Positions 1-13,492 are shown, counted from the stretch's first letter. The stretch is 56,665 nt of DNA from Octopus bimaculoides (GCF_001194135.2 NC_068981.1:33161401-33218065), one strand, 5' to 3'. A program made the numbers and translations. The notes: generated by a model from the sequence alone, not told the origin.

Positions 1-1097
1 ATATATATATATATATATAGACGTATATATGTATGTATTTATCATCATCATTTAATGTATATGTTCCATGATGGCATGGGTTGGATGGTTTGACATGTAT
101 CTAATGAGTCAAGCATCCTGCTTTTGGTATGGTTTCTACAGCGAGATGCCCTTCCTAATACTAACCACTTTACAGTGTGTACTGGGTGCTAATTTTGGTG
201 CTTGAGGTCACCATGTAGTCCACAAATCAACAAACCCAGGGAGAGAGGATGTTGCTTCTGTATGTTAGATGGGGGTTAAGGTATGAGAGAAGAGGTTGAA
301 GAGAAGAGGTTGCAGGTTCTTGTAGAGGAAGTAAATGGCTATTCACATTTAGGAGGGAGAGTATGAACGAATCAGAGGTAACTCCATTGAAACAGACAGT
401 GGTAAGGAGGTGTTTGGGTGGCATCTTATATAGCAGGAGCAGCAGTGGGTGGGAGGAATGGGGTTAGCAAGAGGGTGTGGGGGAAGAGATGGGGCAAGGG
501 AGAGAGAGGGCAGGAGGCAACATCTGCAAAGGTTGAGGGGAGGCAGTGCAAAAGTTGGGGAGGCTATCAGGATACTAGCAATAATCTTTTCTAGTAAAGG
601 CACAAGGCCTAAGGATACTAGCAATATGTTAGTAATGATACAGTTGACAAGGAGAGAAGAGAGGAAGAGAGAGATGACATGTTTAGGTAGGCTGCAAGAG
701 TGGAGTAGAGAGATAAACTAGATCCGGCAAGGGAGATGGCTACTGTAATATGTGGGTGTGGATAACGATATAAATGAATAAAGAACAGCTGCTAACAAGT
801 AAGATGGTTCTGGTTAGCAAGTGAGAAAATGTGGCATCAGGATGTTGAGGTGGAGCTGCAGTGGATGATATGGTGGGGAGGGAGGCAACATGAAGTGAGA
901 ACTGGTTGATTGAGATGTACACATATATATAGGAGTGGCTGTGTGAGAAGAAGCTTGCCTCCCAACCACATGGTTCCAGGTTCAGTCCCATTGCATGGCA
1001 CCTTGGGCAAGTGTCTTCTACTATAGCCTTGGTCTGAACAAAGCCTTGTGAGTGGATTTTGTAGACAGAAACTGAAAGAAGCTCGTCGTATATATGT

Positions 1098-1128
<31 letters not shown>

Positions 1129-1833
1129 CCGTTTAACGTCCGCCTTCCATGCTAGCATGGGTTGGACGATTTGACTGAGGACTGGTGAAACCGGATGGCA
1201 ACACCAGGCTCCAATCTAATTTGGCAGAGTTTCTACAGCTGGATGCCCTTCCTAACGCCAACCACTCAGAGAATGTAGTGGGTGCTTTTATGTGTCNNNN
1301 NNNNNNNNNNNNNNNNNNNNNNNNNNNNNNNNNNNNNNNNNNNNNNNNNNNNNNNNNNNNNNNNNNNNNNNNNNNNNNNNNNNNNNNNNNNNNNNNNNNN
1401 NNNNNNNNNNNNNNNNNNNNNNNNNNNNNNNNNNNNNNNNNNNNNNNNNNNNNNNNNNNNNNNNNNNNNNNNNNNNNNNNNNNNNNNNNNNNNNNNNNNN
1501 NNNNNNNNNNNNNNNNNNNNNNNNNNNNNNNNNNNNNNNNNNNNNNNNNNNNNNNNNNNNNNNNNNNNNNNNNNNNNNNNNNNNNNNNNNNNNNNNNNNN
1601 NNNNNNNNNNNNNNNNNNNNNNNNNNNNNNNNNNNNNNNNNNNNNNNNNNNNNNNNNNNNNNNNNNNNNNNNNNNNNNNNNNNNNNNNNNNNNNNNNNNN
1701 NNNNNNNNNNNNNNNNNNNNNNNNNNNNNNNNNNNNNNNNNNNNNNNNNNNNNNNNNNNNNNNNNNNNNNNNNNNNNNNNNNNNNNNNNNNNNNNNNNNN
1801 NNNNNNNNNNNNNNNNNNNNNNNNNNNNNNNNN

Positions 1834-1869
<36 letters not shown>

Positions 1870-3805
1870 GATATGTGTGTGTATATGTTTGTGTGTCTGT
1901 GTTTGTCCCCCAACATCACTTGACAACCAATGCTGGTGTGTTTACATCCCCTGTAACTTAGTGGTTTGGCAAAAGAGACCGATAGAATAAGTACTAGGCT
2001 TACAAAGAATAGGTCCTGGGGTCGATTTGTTCGATTAAAGGCAGTGCTCCAGCATGGCCACAGTCAAATGACTGAAACAAGTAAAAGAGTAAAAGAGTAA
2101 AGGATAATAAGCAAAGTTGGCCTCAGCACAACATAAACTTATAAAGTATCAGAAGAAACACCACGAAGCATTTTGCCCAGCACACAAATGATTCTGCCAG
2201 TTCACCATCTTAACAATAGTAATAATAATAATAATGAAATTCTTTCTACTATAAGTACAAGGGGTTGACGTGGTCGACTAATCACCTTCTCAAAAATTTT
2301 CTGGGAAGGGATTTAGTTGACTACATCAACCCCACTGTTCAACTAATATTTATTCTATCAACCCTGAAAGGATGAAAGACAAAGTTGAAGTCAGTGGAAT
2401 CTGAACTTGGAACGTAAAGCCAGAAAAAATGCCACAAAGCAAGCTAATGATTCTTCTGGCTTGGCACCTTAATAATAATGGGAATAAAAATAATAAAGAA
2501 ATTGTAAAAATGTAAATCTCATTTATATTAGATTAGCTTAAGAGTTACACTCCGTGTGGACTTTTAAGCTAACTTCTGCAGAGGGTTAATTGGGCTTGCA
2601 GCTCAAAACTAAGAAGAGAGTTAAATAGCATGGCTATAATATGTCTATAATGACTATATGCTCCAGTGGTATTTGATCAGAGGTTAAGGATGGACGAGAA
2701 TTAATTCTGTAATGCAATCATTCTGTTGTTCCAGTCCCAAGTTGAATTCCAACTGTTGGCCAATTTGTCCCAAAGTTCTTGTTTTGACATAAAATTCATG
2801 AAGTGAATGTCATTTATCTCCCCGCTTGATCTCTAACGTCATCTGGAAAATGCCACCAAGATGACATGAATCAACCAAGCTTTGCCTGTTGGAAATAGCA
2901 ACCCAAATGCTTTTAAATCAGATCCCAATGTTGGATATTCAAGAAACAAATGAAGGGCAGATTTTCAATCCTGGGATCATCCTGATTCCAAAAATGTATA
3001 ATATGTCTATCATCATCATCATCATCATCATCATCGTTTAACGTCCGCTTTCCATGCTAGCATGGGTTGGACGATTTGACTGAGGACTGGTGAAACCGGA
3101 TGGCAACACCAGGCTCCAGTCTGATTTGGCAGAGTTTCTACAGCTGGATGCCCTTCCTAACGCCAACCACTCAGATGTAGAACAAATGTAGGTTGAGATA
3201 CAGGGGTCCCAGACAGACAGACAGAATTTTGCTTTTATTATTAAAGAATAATTTTTTAATAGAACTTATTCTTTCTCTCTCTCATCTTTCTCTCTCCACT
3301 TCTCTCTCTCCCCCTCTCCCTCTATCTATCTCTCTTTCTCTCCATTTTTGTCAGGCATTAAATCAGTATGTTAAACTCTAAGCTAACTCTGAAGTAAACA
3401 AATGGGATTTGAGGACAATCAACCATTTGTTGTATAAGTGTAACTTTAAGTTGTATACTGTAAATGAATAAAAAACAAAGGATACAGACAGAACTTGAAT
3501 GTAGTAGAGGAACTCAAATGAGATTCAAATTTGATAAATGTGAAAATATCACAATGAGGAGAAGAAAATTAATGGAAAACATATGTCATGTTAGATAAAG
3601 GAACAGAGATAAGAGAATTAGACCAAATATAAACTTACAGATATTTAGAAATTTGTGAACTAGACATGATTGTAATATTACTATACATGCACAACATGTT
3701 ATTGGTTATTGTAATATTGTAATATAAACATCATCTTAACCTATTATGTTATCAAGAAAATATAACCATTGGGGATATATTTAGTGATGTCAGTAATTTA
3801 TGGAC

Positions 3806-3872
<67 letters not shown>

Positions 3873-4377
3873 TCATCATCATCGTCCTCATCATTATTGT
3901 TTAACGTCCGCTTTCCATTCTGGCATGGGTTGGACAGTCTGACTGAGGGCTGGCAAGCCACAAAGCTGCACCAGGCTCCAATCTCATCTGACAATATTTC
4001 TACAGCTGGATGCCCTTCCTAATGCCAACAACTCTGAGAGTGTAGTGGGTGCTTTTTACGTCCCACCAGCATGGGGGCCAGTCAGGCGGTATTGGCATTG
4101 ACCAGGTTTGAATGGTGCTTTTTACAATCCACTGGCACAGGAGCCAGTCAGGTGGCACTGGCAACTACCATACTTGAATGGGGCTTTTTACATGCCACCA
4201 GCACAGGTGCCAATCAGTCAGTACTGTCATCGGCCATGGCAATAACTTTACTTGATTCAACAGGTCTTCGCAAGCACAGTTTATTGCACAATAATTGAAG
4301 GGTACTCTTAAATGGGCCAGTTATGATGCACTAGTGTAGGCCATGGTTATGGTCTAACTTGGTTTGCTAGGTCTTCT

Positions 4378-4414
<37 letters not shown>

Positions 4415-4477
4415 CACACACACACATACNNNNNNNNNNAACAGATGTATTAGTATAACACTCGGGAAGTGAAAAAG

Positions 4478-4515
4478 TCTTCAACGTTTTGAGCCTACGC
4501 TCTTCCACAGAAAGA
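4478..4515 (-). ncRNA. Degenerate hammerhead-like variant, related element family
   Basis: - strand: tcttt CTGTGGA A GAGC gtag GCTC AAAA CG TT gaaga; A6->U, G12->A; flank (acagat...ctcgggaa) resembles the 10364-10400 element. Confidence 0.35.
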
Positions 4516-4629
4516 AACAAGGAAAGAAAATAAAGAATGTATAGTGGCTACCAATCTATTATGGCGAATATATACATACATACATTTACATACATATACA
4601 TACATTTACATACATCATCATCATCATTG

Positions 4630-5787
4630 GAGAAAGAGAGTCTGCCAAATGTCAACCCAACAGAGGAACCAGCTATCTGAATTGACAGTACCTTGGTAGA
4701 TAAAGCATAGTCATCCATATAGTTAACCAAGTGATACAAGAAGGAGTCATACCCAATGACTGGTGTAGCAGCACCATAGTCAACTGCTTCAAAGGTAAAA
4801 GTGATGCTTTAGATACAAATAATTACAGAGGTATCAAGTTGTTGAATCAGGTAATGAAGGTCACGGAGAGGGTCATAGCCCATTAATTAGGGAGAGATTC
4901 GGTTTAGACGATATGCAGTTTGGGTTCATGCCAGGGAAAAGCACCACTGATGCTATATTTCTGGTAAGACAGCTTCAGGAGAAATACCTAGCCAAGGATA
5001 AACCTCTGTACCTGGCTTTCGTTGACATGGAGAAAGCATTTGACAGGGTCCCCCGATCCCTTATCTGGTGGTCAATGAGGAAACTAGGGATAGATGAATG
5101 GTTAGTGAGAGCTGTGCAAGCCATGTACAGGGACGCTGTCAGTAAGGTGAGGGTTGGCAACGAGTACAGTGAAGAATTCCGGGTAGAGGTAGGGGTCCAC
5201 CAAGGTTCAGTCCTCAGCCCCCTCCTATTTATCATAGTCCTCCAGGCAATAACAGAGGAATTCAAGACAGGATGCCCCTGGAAGCTCCTCTATGCTGATG
5301 ACCTTGCTCTAATTGCTGAGTCACTGTCAGAACTAGAGGAGAAGCTTCAGGTATGGAAGAAAGGATTAGAATCAAAGGGCCTTAGAGTCAACCTAACTAA
5401 AACCAAAGTCCTAATAAGTAGGAAGGCAGACAAACCACAAACCCCTTCAGGTAGATGGCCCTGCTTGATCTGTAGAAAAAACGTTGATAGAAACTCTATA
5501 AGATGTACCCAGTGTAAGCTATGGACACATAAGAGGTGCAGCAATATCAAAGGAACGTTAACTAGGATAGTTTTTGTATGTGCCAGATGCTCAGGAGCAA
5601 TAAACACTGAAAATGTGCAGGGAACAACTTCTGCCACATTCCAGGGTGAAAAACTAGAAGTAGTTGATAGCTTCTGTTACCTAGGTGACCAAGTTAGTAG
5701 TGGAGGTGGGTGCTCTGAAAGTGTAGCTGCTAGAATAAGAATAGCCTAGGCAAAGTTCAGAGAGCTCTTACCTGTGCTGGTGACAAA
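4630..5787 (+). mobile_element. RTE-clade LINE fragment: RT domain plus PHD-type zinc finger; 5'- and 3'-truncated, disrupted
   Basis: ORF 4913-5749: QFGFMPGKSTTDAIF, AFVDMEKAFDRVP, GVHQGSVLSPLLF, LLYADDL; upstream NYRGIKLL; premature TAG at 5747. Confidence 0.92.
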
Positions 5788-6115
5788 CATACATACATAG
5801 AATTGTCTAACAATTCATAAGTCAGAAAAAATAGACACTTGTATATTTGTCAGTAGAGTGGATATATTAATCAAGATATACAGTATTATAGATCTATTAC
5901 AGCTGATATTGCCAATATTGCACTTGATGGTTATCTTATAACTGTGCTCATTTGAGTTAGCTGGTATGGGAAAAATAGATATCTTTTTCTATGCCTGCAA
6001 TCTCTGATGAACATAGTTATTACATAATCTTACATGACTATTCGATTATCTCATATTCAATGTGAAATTGATTGGTGATATTAGCTGTAATGAATGTATA
6101 GTACGGTATACTTTG

Positions 6116-6211
<96 letters not shown>

Positions 6212-6859
6212 ACACACACAGATGGCTTGTGTTTCTATTTATTAATGTAAACTAGTATATCAAGTTGTGTCCCTTTTTGTCAAAAAGTAAATAAGCCATT
6301 TAATAAATAAATATAAATCCAAGTATTCTACATAAATGAGAAGAAGGTTTGATATTATTCATAGAAAGACTAAAACAATCTTAGAGGGAGTGCTTAAGCA
6401 CATCCCCACTTTAATAACTGAAAGTATTAGAAGAATAAAACAGTATACATAGACACACAGAGTCATGTATGTAAATATATACATACGTATTGAACTCAAA
6501 CAAGATACTATACTGGACACATATACTGATAAAAATCAAGGTAAGCATGACTAAGTAATTAGGAAGAAAGGTAAAAAAATCAAGAGATCTAAGTTTTTGT
6601 GCTTGATATGAATAATTAGCTTCATTGTTGCAGAAAGATTATCAAATAAAGTGTAGTACAAAGATCACTAATCACGCTGAAAAAACATCTAACAACAACA
6701 ACATCCATTCACATTATTTTTATGGTGTCAACAGAGAAGAATAGTGAATATTAATTATAAACGTTAGAGACTTCAGAAACACTTGCAACATTATTTGTGA
6801 AGTAGGTATAAGGTTTGTGAATGTAAAGTAATTGAATAAGCCTGCATGGAAAATACAAA

Positions 6860-7196
6860 ATGAAGTCACTAAATTTCATTAAATTATTATTCATAATAAC
6901 CATAACCCCTTCAATAGATGCAGAAGTTGAAAACCCATTTTATTATTGGAACCTGTGGAAAAAAATAGGGAAAGGCCAAGAGTCTCCACTTTCTTACCAG
7001 AATGAAACTTTCCAAAAATACAGGGATACAGTTACAAGTAATATAGACCGGAGGGACCAAATTGAGAGAGCAGAGAACTTATTGAATTCAAATATCTGTA
7101 AAGTTATATCCTTCTTAAATGTCTCAAAGAGGTGCTGTGAAGATACCGAACTTTTGCTTAAGTCTGTTGTTCAAAAGAAGAAATGGGCATTAGAAA
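6860..7196 (+). CDS. nrf-6: Gene 1 exon 1: signal peptide and start of NRF domain (MKSLNFIKLLF...RCCEDTELLLKSVVQKKKWALE)
   Basis: ATG at 6860, hydrophobic N-terminus, donor gtaagt at 7197 (phase 1); homologous to 54984-55326. Confidence 0.9.
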
Positions 7197-7907
7197 GTAA
7201 GTTAATTTTCTCTACGTTAATTACATATTTGGTATTACTTCTAACCACATATACATTTTTACTCATCTTTAGTCTTTAAACACACACAGATTATCTACAT
7301 CCAACTTAGACTCTGTACATAAATTTGATTCCATGAATAGTAACTTTGAAAACATTTTTTATTTAAACACCACCAAAACACAAGTAAACAACTTTACATT
7401 CAATCCTATAAAAGAGTCTCTATATGAACTCTTGACCAGCTAGAAATAGAAGCTGAATCCCATTTAAATCATAACATACCACATTTAAGAAAAAGAAACC
7501 ATAGCAACACTAACAGCTATAACAACAACAACACCGATAACAATAACAACAACACCAACAATAATGACACCACCATCACCCAACAACACCAATGGTTTTG
7601 CTCCATTCTGATAAAAAAAAAAAATGACTGATTTAATGTTTGTTTTATTTTCTTATAAGTGGTGGAGATAAGTCAAAAGGTGTAGTGTTAAATATATTTG
7701 TTATAATGCGTACATTTTATAACTTGCTAATATAAGTTGAAATTCTATGCAGGCATGGCTGTGAGGTATGTAGTTTTCTTCCCAACAACATGGTTCCCTG
7801 TTCAGTACCACTGCATGGAACCTTGGGCAAATGACTTCTACTATAGCCTCAGGTTAACAGAAGCCTTATGAGTATATTTGATTGACAGAAACTGAAAGAA
7901 GCTTGTC

Positions 7908-7955
<48 letters not shown>

Positions 7956-10900
7956 ATAACTAATTTAGAGGCGAACCACCACTACAACTCAGTCAACTCA
8001 AAACCCGTCCAAATCCATGCTGTGAGGCATATACTAGCATGGATTTGAACGGGTTTGAGTTGACTGAGTTGTAGAGTGGTAGTTCGCTTCTAAATTAGTT
8101 ATATATATATATATATATATAAAGTGATAGATCCTAGAATGATGCAAACCGTACTTCAATAGCAATGGGAAGTGCAGTTTATACCTGGCTTAGAAGAGAG
8201 CAATTTTAAAAGGTATCCAATGCCCAGTTGTTTACCCGAATAGCAGTAGCAGGGGTGAGGTGTTTAATCCTTGCCCACATGGAAGGAAGTACATTCTATC
8301 ATACCTGCACACCCCACCATGACTGCAACCACAGGACCCCTGCCTCAACCTTCCACAGACAACCTTCCATCAATGCCTTTCGGCCTGGCAAATTGAGTTT
8401 GACCAAAGCACACACCCCTATAAGGCAGACACCCAACAAAATAAACTCTCTATCCCCACCAACACAACACCTTCACACAAATTATACCCTCACATATACA
8501 CAGACCCCACACACACATTACACACTACAAGCCAACATACCCATCCCCTCTCCCACAACTTTATCCTTTACAGAAAGAAAACAGACCAACGAACACAGCT
8601 ATATATACTTACACCCCAGGAAAAATTATACATATGACATCGCTACACATACTACCCACTTACCCTAATCCATGATAATGCTGGCCCCTTTTTCATTCCA
8701 CCACCTTTTTCACAGTAACCGCTGACGGATTGTGCTAATCCATCTCCGATAACAGAGAGCAGTTGCTATGTTTACTTCCATGTTGACTAACTCTGATGAG
8801 TGTTAAGTTATATAATTGGTTTGTTACCTAATACTCCATTGTATTCTTTATACAAAACCAGTGAGATGGCTATATCTGCAACCGTAGAGAGCTTACCTCC
8901 CTTGTCAGCTCATTAAGATAGTGCTCTTGTAGCTAGTGAGTCGGTTTGACTCTTATTTCTAGCAATGCTGGTACCACTTAGTACCCTCTGTTACTTTATA
9001 CATATATATATGTATATATAATTGAAAAAATTAGAGTTAATAGGAAGTCACTGAGCTTATCAGGATGTGTTGTTGTTGAAGAGCCATTGGCAAACTGCTT
9101 TAAATGTATAGATGTAGTGGGATATTTCATCATCATCATCATCATCATCATTTAACATTCATCTTCCATGCTAGCATGGATGGAATGGTACCACAAGAGC
9201 CAGCCAGGCCAAATCCTGCACCAGACTTCTGTAACTGTTTTGGCAGGACTTTTACAGCTGGATGCCCTTCCTAACACCAACCACTCAGCAGAGTGGACTT
9301 AGTGCTTTTTATGTGGCACAAGCACAGGTGAGGTCAGTTTTGGCAAGGTTTTTACAGCTGGATGCCCATCCAAACACCAACCACTTTTACAGTGTGGACT
9401 GGGAGCTTTTAAGTGGCACCTGTACTGACAGGATCACCAAGTACTTGCAAGCCAAAAACTTTTAAGAGGGGGGAGGCATTGGAGAAGGGGATGATGAAAT
9501 GGTTATAGTGAGACAGATACACATGTCTTGCTGTAGAGGAAGTATTTTATATTATTATAAATCTCTCTATATATATATTCTTTTATTTGTTTCAGTCATT
9601 TGACTGTGGCCATGCTGGAGCACCGCCTTTAGTTGAACAAATCGACCCCAGTACTTATTCTTTGTAAGAGTAGTACTTATTTTATCGGTCTCTTTTGCTG
9701 AACCACTAAGTTACAAGGACATAAACACACCAACATCGACTGTCAAGCGATGGTGGGGTGGGTGGGGGGTGAGAGCAAACACAGCCATACAAATACATTC
9801 GTATATATATGACAGGCTTCTTTCAGTCTCTGTCTAGCAAATCCACTCACAAGACTTTGGTCGGCCTGAGACTATAGTAGAAGACACTTGCCTAAGGTGC
9901 CATGCAGTAGGTGCCACGCAGTGAGACTGAACCTGGAACCATGTGATTGGGATGCAAGCTTCTTACCACACGGTCATTCTTGTGCCTATATATATATAAA
10001 CATAAGGATAAGAAAGCAGACTTCCTCATCAAATTTGAACATGCTTTTCCATGCTTCCATGGGTTGGATGGAATTTGCTGAGGTGGATTTTCTAAAGTTG
10101 AATGCTCCTTCTCTTATCAACCCTCACCTAATGCCAAGTTATGCTATCATATTTGCATGACAGTGGCACTCATTTACAACTATCACATGATGCAAAGGCA
10201 AAGAGATAGTAGCACACACATGCACGCACACACACACACACACATAGACACTCTCTTTTGGATTTATGATTTACTGACGATGTGTGTATATATATGTATA
10301 TATATAAGTTCAAAAAAAAGGAAAAAGACAAAAAACAATAACAAAAAACAACGTGAGGACGTGATACAGATAGTGTTACTAGACGCTCGGGAAAGGAAAG
10401 AGAGAGAGTATGACGTTTCGAGCGGAGCTCTTCGTCGGAAACAAGGAAAGTTCAAAGAAGGGAAAAACGGAGGAAGAAAAAATAGCCACCGATGTCCATA
10501 TATATATATATATATATATATATGGACCAATCTCAGGATTTTGAGCCTCATGGAGAAAATGACAATGGACTGAGATGTCCGGTGATATGAGGTTCTTGAG
10601 AAGACCTGCCCACATCAGCAAAACTGAGTTCTATAAGCACTGTGTGTCCCACGCACACATAAGAAAACTCACGTACCCTATCCCAACAAACCAAACTACA
10701 TCTCTACATCTCTTCCTCACATTTCCACTTCATGAACTATGCTTACTTCCCACTCCCCACTCTTGTCCTCTTGGCCCTGTCTCACTGTATCATTGCCATC
10801 CACTAGCCCCTGATCTGTAAGTTCCACCCACACGTAACAAGAAATATTTTCACACACCCTACCCTAATAAACCAATCTGCATCTCTACAACTCTTCTCTT

Positions 10901-11329
10901 CCTCACATTTTCTCCATCATGCACTATGCCTACCTCTCACTCCCCAATCCTGTCTTCATGGCCCCGTTTCTCTGTATCATTGCTATCCAGTAGCGCACCT
11001 CCCACCACACTCTATATACCCTGGTTTGCACCACTCACTTCCCCTCCTCACTCTCTAATCACGCTTCTTTGGCAATATCCTGCCACTTATATTATGACTT
11101 TCGAACCTCAAGGGTATGTCCTGGCACATGCCACAATATATATCTCTCTCTGCTTTTACTTGACCCATTTATATTCTGATACCTGTCCCTTGTGAGTATG
11201 CCTGGCACTTTGCCACCATCTCTATCCTGATGTCTCCCACTCTCTCTCTCCTTCTCCTGCACTTACCTCAGGTTGGGTAATCTTGTACTCCTTTGTAGAA
11301 GCACATCCGTTTCTGTCCTCATTCCTGAT

Positions 11330-11374
<45 letters not shown>

Positions 11375-13492
11375 TTTGGCCAGGTAATCTTGTACCTCCT
11401 CTACAGCAAGACACTTGTTTCTGTCTCTCTGTCTCACTATAACCTTTCATCATCAGACACAATATCACCTCCTCCAATGCCCCCTCCTCCCGCAAAAGAT
11501 TTTTGTCTTACTAGCTGCTTGGTGACCCTGTCAGTGCAGGTGCCACTTAAAAAGCATCCAGTCCACACTGTAAACTGGTTGGTATTTGGAAGGGCACCCA
11601 GCAGTAGAAACCTTGCCAAAACTGACCTTGCCTGTGTTGGTGCCACTTCAGATGGTGCTTTTTATGTGCCACTGGCATGGGGGCCAGTCATGGGGTACTA
11701 GCATTGATCACGTCCAGATAGTGCTTTTTACATACCACCAGCATGGGAGCTAGTCAGGCATGGTGCTTTTCATGTGCCACTGGCACAGGGAGCTAGTCAG
11801 GGGACACTGGCATCGACCACGTTCAGATGATGCCTTTTACGTGCCACCAGAATGGGGGCCAGTTAGGGGCACTGTCTGTGCCTATATATGCATACCAAGG
11901 ATAACTCACCATATCCAGTGGGACATCTTTTTCGTTTTTTACACCAAGCACCTGAAGTGACACAGCCTGCACTGATTGATGCAACATAACTAGATAACTA
12001 GATACACAATATCCTACCCCTAAGGGACAGTACAGGGTGGGTTGAAACAATTGTCATGCTGAATAAAGCAATTCTCAGGTTAAGCACCTTAAATATGTCT
12101 ATTGGGTCCATTCTAAACTTATTCATGCTGTGACCATTTATATTATAAGAGACATCATCTTTGTAATAGTCTAGATATCTGGGTTCATATGCATTTATTA
12201 ATAATCCTTTCTACTATGGGTACAAGGTCTGAAACTTTGGCAGGAGGGGCTAATCAATTATATCCACCCTAGTGTTCAAATGGTACTTATTTCATCGACC
12301 CTGAAAGGATGAAAGGCAAAGTTGTCCGAGCTGGAATTTGAACTTGGAACATAAAGACAAAAGAAATGTCACTGAACGTTTAGTCCAGCATGCTAACAAT
12401 ACTGTTAGCTCACTGCTTTATGCATTTATTAATGATATCTAGGATAGAGAAGAGGCCATGTAATTCAAAGTCCTCCAATTCATCTTGCTGTTGCTGATGA
12501 CGGTGATGATAGTGATAGTGACAGTAGTAGCAGTGGTAGTGATATTAACTATATTACAAAGTTACTGCTCTAGTTTCTAGCCAAAACAGTTCCTGTGTTC
12601 AGTGTGGAACAAAATGACATAAGTATGTATATGTATATATATATATAGGTTTAAATAAGCAGAAAATGGAGAAAACTTTTGATCAACAAACAAATTGACC
12701 AGCATTGGTTAATTATTATTTATTACAAAACATAACATAACAATTGCATAACATTTCTTACAGCCATTTCGGCTGCCAATGTCAATCGACACTTACAAAG
12801 AAAATTCTGAAAATAATATTCGCCATCTTTATAGCACATTCGGTCTAGTACATGGAGCTTCATCAAAGTGAATACAAATATATAAAATAAAATAAATGAA
12901 GGGAAAAGGAAAAGAACAGAGCCTCGAGACAAGGCCAGAAGGTTCAATATATTGGAACCATACCATTTTGCAGTGTGAAGGTTGGAGTCAAAAGACAAAA
13001 GAGTGAACTAGCAAATGAGCAAGAGAAAAAATTTTATTGGTTATCCCTTTATGTAGAAGTACCAGGGTACATACATAATTGTAGGATAAAACTAGTGCTA
13101 AAGTAAAATAGGAATTGCCAATATGTCTAGACATATATATCTAGATATATATGATGAAGCTGGCGAATATTATTTTCGGAATTTTCTTTGTAAGCACTAA
13201 TTGACATCTGCAGCCAAAACGGCCGTAAGAAATGTTATGTTTTGTTTTATATTAAATGATAATTAACCAATGTTGGTCAATTTGTTTGTTTGTCTGTTGA
13301 TCAAAAGTTTTCTCCATTTTTCTGCTTATTTAAATTTGATTCCTGATAAACTTTTGTTTATTCAGTTTTTACCTGCACCCTATGAGCATAGTGTGCTTGC
13401 ATATCCATGCCCAGGGATAGCATAGGTAAAAGATACCAATAGTAAAAACAGATATTATCCCTTAGATGGTTATTCCAACTGCTAATTCTGCT

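Noticed and set aside
230-740. Purine-rich block with ORFs on both strands (similar block at 52700-53300)
   Set aside because: Probably very old LINE remnants, but no motif strong enough to classify; not a gene
8228-8668. 146-aa ORF rich in H/T/P
   Set aside because: C/A-skewed low-complexity intronic sequence with a TTG/GTG-type start, no splice or homology support
9070-9100. ttgaaga-gcc att ggc-aaac, a hammerhead-like skeleton
   Set aside because: C3 and G12 missing and no convincing stems I/III
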